43,367 nt of DNA, taken from NCBI GenBank assembly GCA_944380945.1, contig CALWJG010000001.1, positions 1 through 43,367 of the forward strand, written 5' to 3'. The first letter of the stretch is position 1. Each line of letters begins with the position of its first letter. Positions 19,601 to 28,360 of this stretch are shown here, piece after piece. Made by a program: the position numbers and the translations under genes. The notes under the pieces are model-generated. The model was not told the DNA's origin and did no database searches. It saw only the letters and a program-made list of their open reading frames with translations. Origin of the DNA: an uncultured Agathobaculum sp. (GTDB taxonomy: Bacteria; Bacillota; Clostridia; Oscillospirales; Butyricicoccaceae).

Positions 19601-20275
19601 ATGAACCTGTCTGTTCTGTCCGGCTGCCGGCTGTTCGCCTATGTCCCCGCGGACGCGCTGCCCGCGCTGCTCGACGCGGTGGGCGCCTACACCCGGCGCT
19701 ATGACAAGGGCCAGCCGGTCTGCCGCATGGGGGACACCGTGCGCGCGCTGGGCGTGGTGCTGTCCGGCAGCGTCACCATCGAGCGCGACGATGTCTGGGG
19801 CAACAAGACCATTCTGGACCGCGCGGCGCCCGGCATGGTGTTCGCGGAGACCTATGCCTGCGTGCCCGATACGCCGATGATGGTCAGCGCGGTCGCCGCT
19901 GAGGCGAGCGAGGTGCTGTTCATCCCCGCGGACGCCCTGCTCGCGCCCGCCGCGCCGCCGGACGCGGGGCGGCTCGCCCTGCTGCGCGGCCTGCTGGCGG
20001 TCTCCGCCCGCAAAAACCTGACGCTGACGCGCAAAATCGTGCACACCTCGCCCAAATCGCTGCGCGGGCGGCTGCTTTCCTACCTGTCCGCGCAGGCGGT
20101 GCAGCACGGCAGCGACAGCTTCGACATCCCCTTTGACCGCCAGCAGCTGGCGGACTATCTGGGCGCCGACCGCAGCGCGCTGTCCGGCGAGCTGGGCAGG
20201 ATGCGGCGGGACGGCCTGCTCGACTTCCGCAAAAACCATTTCGAGCTGCACCGCCGCGCCGCGGCGGACGAATGA
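19601..20275 (+). CDS. Crp/Fnr family transcriptional regulator (HcpR-like)
   Basis: cNMP-binding fold and C-terminal HTH RQQLADYLGADRSALSGEL; AGGAGG RBS. Confidence 0.92.
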   Translation: MNLSVLSGCRLFAYVPADALPALLDAVGAYTRRYDKGQPVCRMGDTVRALGVVLSGSVTIERDDVWGNKTILDRAAPGMVFAETYACVPDTPMMVSAVAAEASEVLFIPADALLAPAAPPDAGRLALLRGLLAVSARKNLTLTRKIVHTSPKSLRGRLLSYLSAQAVQHGSDSFDIPFDRQQLADYLGADRSALSGELGRMRRDGLLDFRKNHFELHRRAAADE

Positions 20276-20314
20276 TCCAAACGATTTGCAACCACACAAG
20301 GAGGTTTTCCCTTT

Positions 20315-21682
20315 ATGATCGACTGCATGCCCTATCTCGAGGCCCATCGGGACGAACTGCTCGAGCATCTGGCCTCGCTCATCCGCATCCCGAGCGTCGA
20401 GGGCGCGCCCGCGCCCGGCGCGCCGTTCGGCCGCGAGGTCGCGCGCTGTCTGGAAAAAATGCTGACGCTGTGCGAGCGGCTCGGCCTGCGCACCGGCAGC
20501 ATGGACGGCCGCGTGGGCTGGTGCGAATACGGCGCGGGTGAGGAGATGATCGCCGTGCTGGCGCATCTGGATGTCGTGCCCGCGGGCGAGGGCTGGACCG
20601 AGGCCGCGCCCTTTGCGGGCGAGGTCAAAAACGGCCGCATCTACGGCCGCGGCGCAATGGACGACAAGGGTCCGGCCGTGGCGGCGGTCTACGCGCTCGC
20701 CGCGCTAAAGGACGCGGGCTTTGTCCCCGCGCGGCGCATCCGCATCCTGTTCGGCACCAACGAGGAGACCGGCTGTCAGGATATGGCGTGGTACCGCGCG
20801 CACGGCGGCGAAATGCCGGTCATGGGCTTTACGCCGGACGGCGAATACCCGCTCATCAACGGTGAAAAGGGCATTTTCACCTGCACCTATACGCGTCGCC
20901 TTGCCCCATCCGGCGCATACCGACTGACCCGCTTCGAGGGCGGCACGGCGTCCAACGTCGTGCCCGCGTATGCGGCGGCCGAGCTCGCCTGCCCGGCGGA
21001 GGCGGCTGCCCGCATCGCGCAGGACAAAGTGACCGTCACCCCGATCGAAGGCGGCATCCGTGTGGAGGCGCAGGGCGTGTCCGCGCACGGCTCCACGCCC
21101 GAGCAGGGCGAAAACGCCATCGGCCGGCTGGCGGCAGCGCTCAGCCAGCTGCCGCTCGAGGGCGACCTCGCGGACTGCATGGCCTTCCTCGCCGGCCGCA
21201 TCGGCATGGAGACCCGCGGCGAATCGCTCGGCCTTGCCATGCGGGACGAGGTCTCGGGCGAGCTGACCGTCAACCTCGGCACGGCCGCGTTTGCGGACGA
21301 TACGCTGTCGCTCTCGTTCTCCATCCGCTATCCGGTCACCAAAACCAAAGATGACGTGTATCCCCGCCTGACGCGCGCGTTCGCGCTCGGCGGCTTTGCC
21401 GAGACCGCCCTGCACCACGACGCGGCGCTCTACCTGCCGCCCGAGAGCGAGCTGGTGCGCCGCCTGCTCGCGGTTTACGAGGCCGCGACCGGCGAAAAGG
21501 CCGCGCCCAAGTGCATCGGCGGCGGCACCTACGCCAAGTCCATCCCGAATCTGCTGGCCTTCGGCCCGATCTTCCCGGGCGACGTGGTGCGCGAGCACCA
21601 GCCGGACGAATATATGGAGGTGGACCGCCTGCTGCAGAACGCCGGGATCATCGCCGCGGCCATGGCCGCGCTGGCGGGCTGA
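20315..21682 (+). CDS. pepV: M20 family dipeptidase PepV/Sapep
   Basis: AHLDVVP, GRGAMDDKG, NEETG, SAHGS, GGGTYA, HQPDE. Confidence 0.9.
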   Translation: MIDCMPYLEAHRDELLEHLASLIRIPSVEGAPAPGAPFGREVARCLEKMLTLCERLGLRTGSMDGRVGWCEYGAGEEMIAVLAHLDVVPAGEGWTEAAPFAGEVKNGRIYGRGAMDDKGPAVAAVYALAALKDAGFVPARRIRILFGTNEETGCQDMAWYRAHGGEMPVMGFTPDGEYPLINGEKGIFTCTYTRRLAPSGAYRLTRFEGGTASNVVPAYAAAELACPAEAAARIAQDKVTVTPIEGGIRVEAQGVSAHGSTPEQGENAIGRLAAALSQLPLEGDLADCMAFLAGRIGMETRGESLGLAMRDEVSGELTVNLGTAAFADDTLSLSFSIRYPVTKTKDDVYPRLTRAFALGGFAETALHHDAALYLPPESELVRRLLAVYEAATGEKAAPKCIGGGTYAKSIPNLLAFGPIFPGDVVREHQPDEYMEVDRLLQNAGIIAAAMAALAG

Positions 21683-21706
21683 GCGCGGATTTTACCCATT
21701 TTTTAT

Positions 21707-21736
21707 TTGACCGCCTCCCCGCCCCCGTGCTACACT
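21707..21736 (+). promoter_or_regulatory. Promoter
   Basis: TTGACC-18 bp-TACACT with TG extension. Confidence 0.55.
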
Positions 21737-21760
21737 GGTAAGCAGAAAGAAGGGATCGGA

Positions 21761-22246
21761 ATGAACACTCTGCCGCGGGGCCTGTTCCGCGTGACGGGCT
21801 GGACCTTTGCCTGTGGCATCGTGACCACGCTGCTGCAGATGGTCTTTGTGCCCATGGCGCTCGGCCAATGGTATATCGACCACCTCGCGCAGATGAACAT
21901 GGCGTTCAACGCGCTCGCCCTTGTGCTGTTTATCGCGGTGGGGCTGCTCGTCATGCGGCGGCTCACCTATAAGATGATCTTCCTGTCCGCGGCCGTGCAT
22001 GTGGCGCTGTCGCTCATCATCATCGCCGTGGAGCAGATCTCGGGCGTGTCGCCCGTGCTGGTATTCGTGTTCGCGCTCTATCCGTTTTTGTATTTCAGCT
22101 CATCGCTGTCCAGCACCATCCTGACCCTGCGCCCCGGGCTGCCGTCCATGACGGTCGCGCTGCTGACCCTGCTGGTGTCCTTCCTGTTCGTGCTGTTCGG
22201 ACGCCGCGCAGCCCCCGCATCCGGGGAGGACGCCGCCGGCGCATGA
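21761..22246 (+). CDS. Hypothetical polytopic membrane protein (~161 aa)
   Basis: About five hydrophobic helices; GAAGGGA RBS; own promoter. Confidence 0.75.
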   Translation: MNTLPRGLFRVTGWTFACGIVTTLLQMVFVPMALGQWYIDHLAQMNMAFNALALVLFIAVGLLVMRRLTYKMIFLSAAVHVALSLIIIAVEQISGVSPVLVFVFALYPFLYFSSSLSSTILTLRPGLPSMTVALLTLLVSFLFVLFGRRAAPASGEDAAGA

Positions 22247-22265
22247 CGCCCGCGCGCGCCCGCTG

Positions 22266-22832
22266 CTATTTTTGCCGCTTTGCGCCGGAGGCCGACCGCC
22301 TCCGGCCTTTGCTTTGCCCGCCGGCGGCCGGCCCGTCCAGACCGGCGCAGAACGCCGCCCAGCGCGCGTCCGATTCGACAAACGGCGCGGGGCAGGTCTT
22401 GTGGGTCACGTCGTAATGCCGCAGCACGTTTTCCGCCGGGATGCCGTACCGCGCCATCAGCCGGCGCACGAGCGCCTGCGCCCGGCGCACCGTCTCCGGC
22501 AGAAAGGTTTGCCGCCCGTCCTGCACCCGGCCGCACAGCGCCACGCCGATGCTGTTTGCATTGCGGCAATAGGGGTGGGCGTATGCGCCCCGCGTGCCGC
22601 AGTGCCAGGCGACGTCCCGGTCGGCCACGCTCTGCCACACCGCCTGCCCGTCCACATAGTAATGCGCCGACACGCCCGCCGCGTATCCCGCGGCGCGTTC
22701 GGCCTGCTGCCGCGCGCTTCCTTCCCCGGCCGCGCTGTGCAGCACGATATAGCGGATCTCCCCCGCCCGGCGCGCCGCGCGCCGGAAATTGCGGCAGTCC
22801 GCCGGTATCATCCCCACTTTGGTCACTTTCAA
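22266..22832 (-). CDS. Stand-alone N-acetylmuramoyl-L-alanine amidase (Amidase_2) domain protein
   Basis: YIVLHS, SAHYYVD, AWHCG, NANSIGV, RHYDVTHKTCP; TTG start with AGGAGGTG RBS. Confidence 0.85.
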   Translation of the reverse strand: MKVTKVGMIPADCRNFRRAARRAGEIRYIVLHSAAGEGSARQQAERAAGYAAGVSAHYYVDGQAVWQSVADRDVAWHCGTRGAYAHPYCRNANSIGVALCGRVQDGRQTFLPETVRRAQALVRRLMARYGIPAENVLRHYDVTHKTCPAPFVESDARWAAFCAGLDGPAAGGQSKGRRRSASGAKRQK

Positions 22833-22861
22833 GCACCTCCTGCATATACTCCAAAAAAAGC

Positions 22862-22923
22862 AGCACAGTTTGACACGATTTGGTCAATCTGTGCTATGCT
22901 TATGCGGAAAGTTGTGTTATAAT
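22862..22923 (+). promoter_or_regulatory. Cysteine-synthase gene promoter with inverted-repeat operator
   Basis: AGCACAG-T-TTGAC-N8-GTCAA-T-CTGTGCT (22862-22895) and extended -10 TGTGTTATAAT (22913-22923). Confidence 0.6.
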
Positions 22924-22956
22924 GTGGGGTAGACACGTTTGAGAGGAAGATATTAC

Positions 22957-23895
22957 ATGGTTTACAGCAATATCCTGGAGGCCGTCGGCCATACGCCCAT
23001 GGTTCGTCTGAACCGCATGGTGCCGGCCGGCTGCGCCGACGTGCTGGTCAAGTTCGAGGGGCTGAATGTCGGCGGCTCGATCAAAACGCGCACTGCGCTC
23101 AATATGCTCGAGGACGCGGAACAGCGCGGCCTGATCCATCCGGACACCATCATCGTCGAGCCGACCAGCGGCAACCAGGGCATCGGCCTGGCGCTGTGCG
23201 GCGCGGTCAAGGGATATACGGTCAAGATCATCATGCCGGACTCGGTCTCCGAGGAACGCCGCAAGCTGGTGCAGCATTACGGCGCGGAGGTCATTCTGGT
23301 GCACGACGCCGGCAACATCGGCGACTGCATCGCCGAGTGCCAGCGCATCGCGGACGAAATGGCGGCAAATGACCCCAATGTTTTCGTACCCGGCCAGTTT
23401 GACAACCCGGCCAACCCTGCGGTGCACCGCCACCACACGGCCACCGAGATCCTCGAGCAGGTCGGCGGCCCGATCGACGGCTTCTGCTCCGGCTTCGGCA
23501 CGGGCGGCACGATCAGCGGCATCGGCGAGGTGCTCAAGGCCCAGAATCCCCAGATCGAGATCTGGGCGGTCGAGCCGGAGAACGCCGCCATCCTGTCGGG
23601 CGGTTCGATCGGCACCCACATGCAGATGGGCATCGGCGACGGCATCATCCCCAAAAACCTGAACAACGATATTTACGACCACCTGTACATCGTCACGGAC
23701 GACGAGGCCATCCAGACCTCCAAGGATCTGGCGCGGCTCGAGGGCCTGATGTGCGGCATTTCGAGCGGCACCAACGTCGCCGCCGCGATCCAGCTGGCCA
23801 AAAAGCTCGGCCCGGGCAAGACGGTCGTCACCGTGCTGCCGGATACCGCGGAGCGGTATTTCTCCACCCCGCTGTTCAGCGAGGATGAAACCTGA
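22957..23895 (+). CDS. cysK: PLP-dependent cysteine synthase family protein
   Basis: VGHTPMV, GGSIK, EPTSGN, GTGGT, GISSG, PDTAERY; GAGAGGA RBS. Confidence 0.85.
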   Translation: MVYSNILEAVGHTPMVRLNRMVPAGCADVLVKFEGLNVGGSIKTRTALNMLEDAEQRGLIHPDTIIVEPTSGNQGIGLALCGAVKGYTVKIIMPDSVSEERRKLVQHYGAEVILVHDAGNIGDCIAECQRIADEMAANDPNVFVPGQFDNPANPAVHRHHTATEILEQVGGPIDGFCSGFGTGGTISGIGEVLKAQNPQIEIWAVEPENAAILSGGSIGTHMQMGIGDGIIPKNLNNDIYDHLYIVTDDEAIQTSKDLARLEGLMCGISSGTNVAAAIQLAKKLGPGKTVVTVLPDTAERYFSTPLFSEDET

Positions 23896-23913
23896 TTTTC
23901 ATACAGAAAAAGC

Positions 23914-23940
23914 AAAGGCTGCCCTTGCGGGCAGCCTTTT
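23914..23940. terminator. Rho-independent terminator, probably bidirectional
   Basis: AAAGGCTGCCC-TTGC-GGGCAGCCTTTT between convergent cysK and mtlA. Confidence 0.85.
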
Positions 23941-23960
23941 GTGTTTGGCCGCAGGGTCCC

Positions 23961-25865
23961 TTATGCCTCTTCGTCATGGAATTCCAGACATTTGAGCACA
24001 TAGGAGACGTCCCCTGTGGTTTTGAGGTTGTTCAGCACCGTTTCATCCTCGAGCGCGGTGCAGATATTGCTCAGCAGGTCGAGGTGCTCGTCGCCCACGC
24101 CGGCGATGCCGAAGATGAGCTGCGCCTTTTCGTCGCCGAAGTCCACGCCCTCGGGGTACTGCAGCATGACGATGCCCGACTTTTTGACGCGCGCCTTCTG
24201 CTCGGTCGTGCCGTGCGGGATGGCGATGCCCATGCCCATATAGGTGGTGACCAGCTTTTCGCGCTCGAGCATGGCGTCGATATACTGCTCATCCACGCAG
24301 CCCTGCTCGACCAGCAGGCGGCCGGCGGCGCGGATCGCGTCCTCCTTGGACACCGGCTGCAGGCCCAGCATGACGCAGTCCGCCGTCATGACCGTGCGCT
24401 TCTTTTCCTCCGCCTGCGCGGGCTCTGCGGCCGCAGCGTCCGGCGCGGCTTGCGCCTGCGCGGGCTTGGCCGCGGTCAGCGTGCGGTAGAGCGCATCCAG
24501 ACCGGGGTCCGCCAGGAAGTTGCCGATGGCGACCAGATGCGCCTGCGGCGCGCAGGCCCGGGCGCGGTCGGCCAGCACCTGCTGGCACACGACCACATCC
24601 GCATCCGCCGGGATGTTGTCCACGCTGGTGTTGGTGACGATCAGGTCGGGGCGCTCATCCTTGATGCGGTTGCGGAACTTGGTCGCGCCCATGGCGGACG
24701 AGCCCATACCCGCGTCACACGCGAAGATGACCTTTTTGACCGCGCTGCCGTCGGCGAGCGGCGCGTCAGCCGCAGCCGGCGCGGCCGTACCCTTGGCCTC
24801 GGCCTTCATCTGCTGCATCTGCCCCTGCGCTTCCTCCAGATTCTTCGCCCCCGCCATCTTGACGATGGGCGCGGCGATGACGAACGACACCGCCGCCGCG
24901 ATGGCCACGCCGATCCAGCTGACGAAAATGCTGCTTCTGGGGCTCATCATGGTGAACGCGATGATCGAGCCGGGCGCCGCCGGGCCGTTCAGGCCGGCGT
25001 TCATGATGGAGAAGAACAGGATGGCGCACGCATTGCCCACGATCGGGGCGATGATGACCACCGGGTTCATCAGGATGTACGGGAAATAGATCTCATGGAT
25101 GCCGCCGAAAAAGTGGATGATGATCGCGCCGGGCGCCGAGCCGCGGGTCGTGCGGTCCTTGGAGAAGAACATGTAGGCCAGCAGTACGCCCAGACCGGGG
25201 CCGGGGTTGGTCTCCAGCATGTACATGATGGACTTGCCCGCCTCCGCGACCTGCTCCGCGCCGATCGGCGTGAACACGCCGTGGTTGATGGCGTTGTTGA
25301 GGAACAGCACCTTGGCCGGCTCGAGGAACACCGAGACCAGCGGCAGCAGGCTGTGGTTGACCAGAAACGCAACGCCGGCGGACAGCACGCTCAGGATGGC
25401 GCTCATGACCGGACCGATCGCATAATAGCCGAGGATGGCCATGATCATGCCGAAGATGCCGACCGAGAAGTTGTTGATCAGCATTTCAAAGCCGGCGGGC
25501 ATGCGGTTTTCCATCATTTTGTCAAACTTTTTGATGACCCAGCCCGCGAGCGGGCCCATGATCATCGCGCCCATCAGCATGGGCTGGCCCTCGGTGCCGC
25601 CCACGCCCGCGATGCAGCCCATGACTGCGATCGCGCCCATGACGCGGCCGCGGTCGCCGCCGACCATCTTGCCGCCCTGCGCCGCGATCAGCACGGGCAG
25701 CAGGAAGGTGAGCATGAACGGCTGGATGGAGGCCAGCTCCGCGTTCGGGATCCAGCCGGTGTCGATGAACAGGGCGGTGATAAAGCCCCACGCAATAAAC
25801 GCGCCGATATTTGGCATGACCATGGCGCTGAGGAATTTGCCGAATCTGGCAATCGCATTTTTCAT
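23961..25865 (-). CDS. mtlA: PTS mannitol-family transporter, fused EIICBA
   Basis: LSAMVMPNIGAFIAWG, NNAINHG, ETNPGPG, GGIHEIYFP; EIIB ACDAGMGSSAMG; EIIA AIPHG. Confidence 0.95.
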   Translation of the reverse strand: MKNAIARFGKFLSAMVMPNIGAFIAWGFITALFIDTGWIPNAELASIQPFMLTFLLPVLIAAQGGKMVGGDRGRVMGAIAVMGCIAGVGGTEGQPMLMGAMIMGPLAGWVIKKFDKMMENRMPAGFEMLINNFSVGIFGMIMAILGYYAIGPVMSAILSVLSAGVAFLVNHSLLPLVSVFLEPAKVLFLNNAINHGVFTPIGAEQVAEAGKSIMYMLETNPGPGLGVLLAYMFFSKDRTTRGSAPGAIIIHFFGGIHEIYFPYILMNPVVIIAPIVGNACAILFFSIMNAGLNGPAAPGSIIAFTMMSPRSSIFVSWIGVAIAAAVSFVIAAPIVKMAGAKNLEEAQGQMQQMKAEAKGTAAPAAADAPLADGSAVKKVIFACDAGMGSSAMGATKFRNRIKDERPDLIVTNTSVDNIPADADVVVCQQVLADRARACAPQAHLVAIGNFLADPGLDALYRTLTAAKPAQAQAAPDAAAAEPAQAEEKKRTVMTADCVMLGLQPVSKEDAIRAAGRLLVEQGCVDEQYIDAMLEREKLVTTYMGMGIAIPHGTTEQKARVKKSGIVMLQYPEGVDFGDEKAQLIFGIAGVGDEHLDLLSNICTALEDETVLNNLKTTGDVSYVLKCLEFHDEEA

Positions 25866-25961
25866 ACGAATGGCAACTCCTTTTATCTTTTTTCTCTTTT
25901 TTCATTGCGGCTGCCTGTTTTCAGGCTTTCACAGGCAGCGAGGCTTTCGTTTTGTGTCTCT

Positions 25962-25990
25962 ATTGTAGCGGACGGCACGCGCGCCTGCAA
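25962..25990 (-). promoter_or_regulatory. mtlA promoter
   Basis: TTGCAG-17 bp-TACAAT on the minus strand. Confidence 0.7.
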
Positions 25991-26200
25991 GCGCCGGTTA
26001 TGGCACGGTTGTCCCGCCGCGCTGGTGCCAACGCCCCGCGGTTTATGCAATTCGTTCAAACTCCTCTCCCCCGCTTGGTTGGGTTTGCCCAAAACCCGCC
26101 CCGCATCCCGCCGTCCTGCCGCAGGTTTGGCACCAGCGGCAGGGGGCAAAGTTTCCCCGCGGCGCAGCGCAGCCCTTCCGTATATCTTTTTGCGCGGCCC

Positions 26201-26211
26201 TGTGCTATAAT
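26201..26211 (+). promoter_or_regulatory. Extended -10 promoter for mtlR
   Basis: TGTGCTATAAT. Confidence 0.6.
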
Positions 26212-26270
26212 AAGGGCAGTATGCTGCGCCCGCGCAAGCCGGGCGCAGCCGGCGGAAAGGAGGGATCGCC

Positions 26271-28301
26271 GTGGAACAGAGGGAGCGTCTGCCCCTGCTG
26301 ACCGACAACGGCCGCAGGCTGATCCGCAAGCTGGCCGACCTGCCGCCCGTGTGGCTGACCGCGGCGGCGCTGGGCGAGAGCATCGGCGTCAGCCGCCGCA
26401 CGGTCATGCGCGAGCTGCCCGGCATGGAAAAATGGCTGCTGGCGGCGGGCTTCCGCCTTGTCCGCAGCCCGGGGCAGGGCGTGCGGCTGGAGGAGGACGA
26501 GACGCGCCGCGCCGCCCTGCGCGCAAAGCTGGACGGCGGCAGCACGGCGCTGTCCCGTCCGGAGCGCATCGACCGGCTGCTCACCCTGCTGTTCGCGGCG
26601 CAGGGCCCGTGCAAAACGCAGTGGCTGGCGGACAGGCTGGATATCTCCGAGCACACGCTGTCGAGCGACCTGAACACCGCCGAGGAATGGCTGCGCGCAC
26701 GCGGCGTGTCCGTCCTGCGGCGCGCGGGCGTCGGCGTGTGGCTGGAGGGCACGCCGGAAAACCTGCGCCGCGCGGCCGCCGTGCGCCTGCGGCCGCAGCT
26801 GGCCCAGCTGGACTGGTCCCAATTCCCCGAAGGCCCGGCGCGCAGCCCGCTGTTCGAGCTGGTCGATCCCAAGGACCTGCAGGCAGCTGCCCGGGTGCTG
26901 CAGGGCTTTGAGCGCAGCCGGCGCTTTGTGTTCAGCGACAGCGCCTTCCTGTCGCTCCTCCTGCACCTGACGCTGCTCGCCGGACAGGTGCGCAGCGGCC
27001 GTCTGGCCGCATCCGGCCCGCGCAGCGCCGCAGGTCCGGACGCCGCCGCGCTGCTCATCTCGCTCGAGGGCGCGCTGGGCGTGCGTCTGCCGGCAGACGA
27101 GGCCGCCTATCTGGAGCACTATCTGCAGGCCGCCGCGGGCGAGCCTGACTGGGGCGATCCGGAGGAACTGCGCGCCAGCCAGCTCGCCGCCCTGCTCATC
27201 CGCGGCATGGAGCGCGAGACCGGCGTCGATCTGGCCGGGTTCTCCACCTTCCGCACCGATCTGTGCGCCCATCTGCGCCCCATGCTGCTCCGCCTGACGC
27301 GCGGCGAGCGCATCGAAAACCCGCAGCTGGACGCGGTGCGCACCCAGTACCCCGCGCTGTGGGATGCGGTGCGCCGCGTGAGCGCCGAGGCGGCGCGCAC
27401 CCTGCGCCTGCCGCCCCTGCCGGACGAGGAGGCGGGCTTTCTCGCCATGCACTTCGGCGCGGTGCTCGAGCAGTGCGAACGCACGCGCCGCCGCCTGCGC
27501 GCGGTGGTGGTCTGCCCGATGGGTATGGCGACCAGCCGCTTCCTGACCAGCCAGCTCGACCGGGAATTCCCGGCCATCGCCGTCGAGCGCATGTGCCCGC
27601 TGCGCGGGCTGGATACCGACGCGCTGCGGCGCGAGGGCGTCGGGCTGATCATCTCGACCGTGCCGCTGCATGTGGATTTCCCGCATGTGACGGTCAGCGC
27701 GGTCCTGCAGGAAAAGGACCGCATCCTGCTGCAGGGCGCGGTCGACCACTTCTGCGGCCAGCCGGCCGCCCCGGCGACCGGCGGCGCCGCCCCGGCCGCC
27801 GACCTGCGCTATGCCGACGCGCTGACCAGCTGCATCGTCGGCCTGCTGGACAGCATGGTCATCACCGACCTCCCCGCCTTGCCGGACAAGGCGCAGCTGC
27901 TGCGCGAGGCCGCGCGCCTGTTCAGCCGCAGCCCGCAGCAGGCGCGTGCGATCGAGCAGGCGCTCGCCCGCCGCGAAGCGCTGGGCGACACCTATATCCC
28001 GCCGCTGCGCATCCAGCTGCTGCACTGCAAGACCGACGCCGTGCGCGGCTGCCGTCTGGGCTATCTGCGCCTGCCGCAGCCGCTGTCCGAGGCCGGCCGC
28101 ACGCTGGACGGCGCGGTGGTCATGCTCGCGCCGGACGGCCCCGAACCCGTGTGGCAGCGCGTCATGCAGGAGGTCAGCGCCGTGCTGATCGACCGGCCCG
28201 CGCTCGCCGAGGCGATGCGCGCGGGCGACCGCGACCGCGCGGTGCAGCTGCTCGAGACCGAACTCAACCTGCGCTTTGCCCGCGAGCTGGCCAGGCGCTG
28301 A
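26271..28301 (+). CDS. mtlR: MtlR/LicR-type PRD-containing transcriptional activator
   Basis: Two HTH segments (GVSRRTVMREL, ISEHTLSSDL), two PRDs (LLLHL, LAMHF), EIIB VVCPMGMATS and a C-terminal EIIA-like domain; GTG start with AAAGGAGGG RBS; divergent from mtlA. Confidence 0.88.
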   Translation: MEQRERLPLLTDNGRRLIRKLADLPPVWLTAAALGESIGVSRRTVMRELPGMEKWLLAAGFRLVRSPGQGVRLEEDETRRAALRAKLDGGSTALSRPERIDRLLTLLFAAQGPCKTQWLADRLDISEHTLSSDLNTAEEWLRARGVSVLRRAGVGVWLEGTPENLRRAAAVRLRPQLAQLDWSQFPEGPARSPLFELVDPKDLQAAARVLQGFERSRRFVFSDSAFLSLLLHLTLLAGQVRSGRLAASGPRSAAGPDAAALLISLEGALGVRLPADEAAYLEHYLQAAAGEPDWGDPEELRASQLAALLIRGMERETGVDLAGFSTFRTDLCAHLRPMLLRLTRGERIENPQLDAVRTQYPALWDAVRRVSAEAARTLRLPPLPDEEAGFLAMHFGAVLEQCERTRRRLRAVVVCPMGMATSRFLTSQLDREFPAIAVERMCPLRGLDTDALRREGVGLIISTVPLHVDFPHVTVSAVLQEKDRILLQGAVDHFCGQPAAPATGGAAPAADLRYADALTSCIVGLLDSMVITDLPALPDKAQLLREAARLFSRSPQQARAIEQALARREALGDTYIPPLRIQLLHCKTDAVRGCRLGYLRLPQPLSEAGRTLDGAVVMLAPDGPEPVWQRVMQEVSAVLIDRPALAEAMRAGDRDRAVQLLETELNLRFARELARR

Positions 28302-28313
28302 CGCTGCCCCCTC

Positions 28314-28346
28314 CCCCGCCGGAACCTGTTCCCGGCGGGGATTTTT
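28314..28346 (+). terminator. Rho-independent terminator after mtlR
   Basis: CCCCGCCGG...CCGGCGGGG followed by ATTTTT. Confidence 0.75.
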
Positions 28347-28360
28347 GTACATTGTGGATA

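Noticed and set aside
22266-22832. Prophage around the endolysin-like amidase
   Set aside because: No holin, integrase, structural genes or att repeats nearby; GC content matches the host.
26001-26140. TTGGCAC as a sigma-54 -24 box
   Set aside because: No TTGC -12 element at the right spacing, and the regulator has no AAA+/GAFTGA domain.
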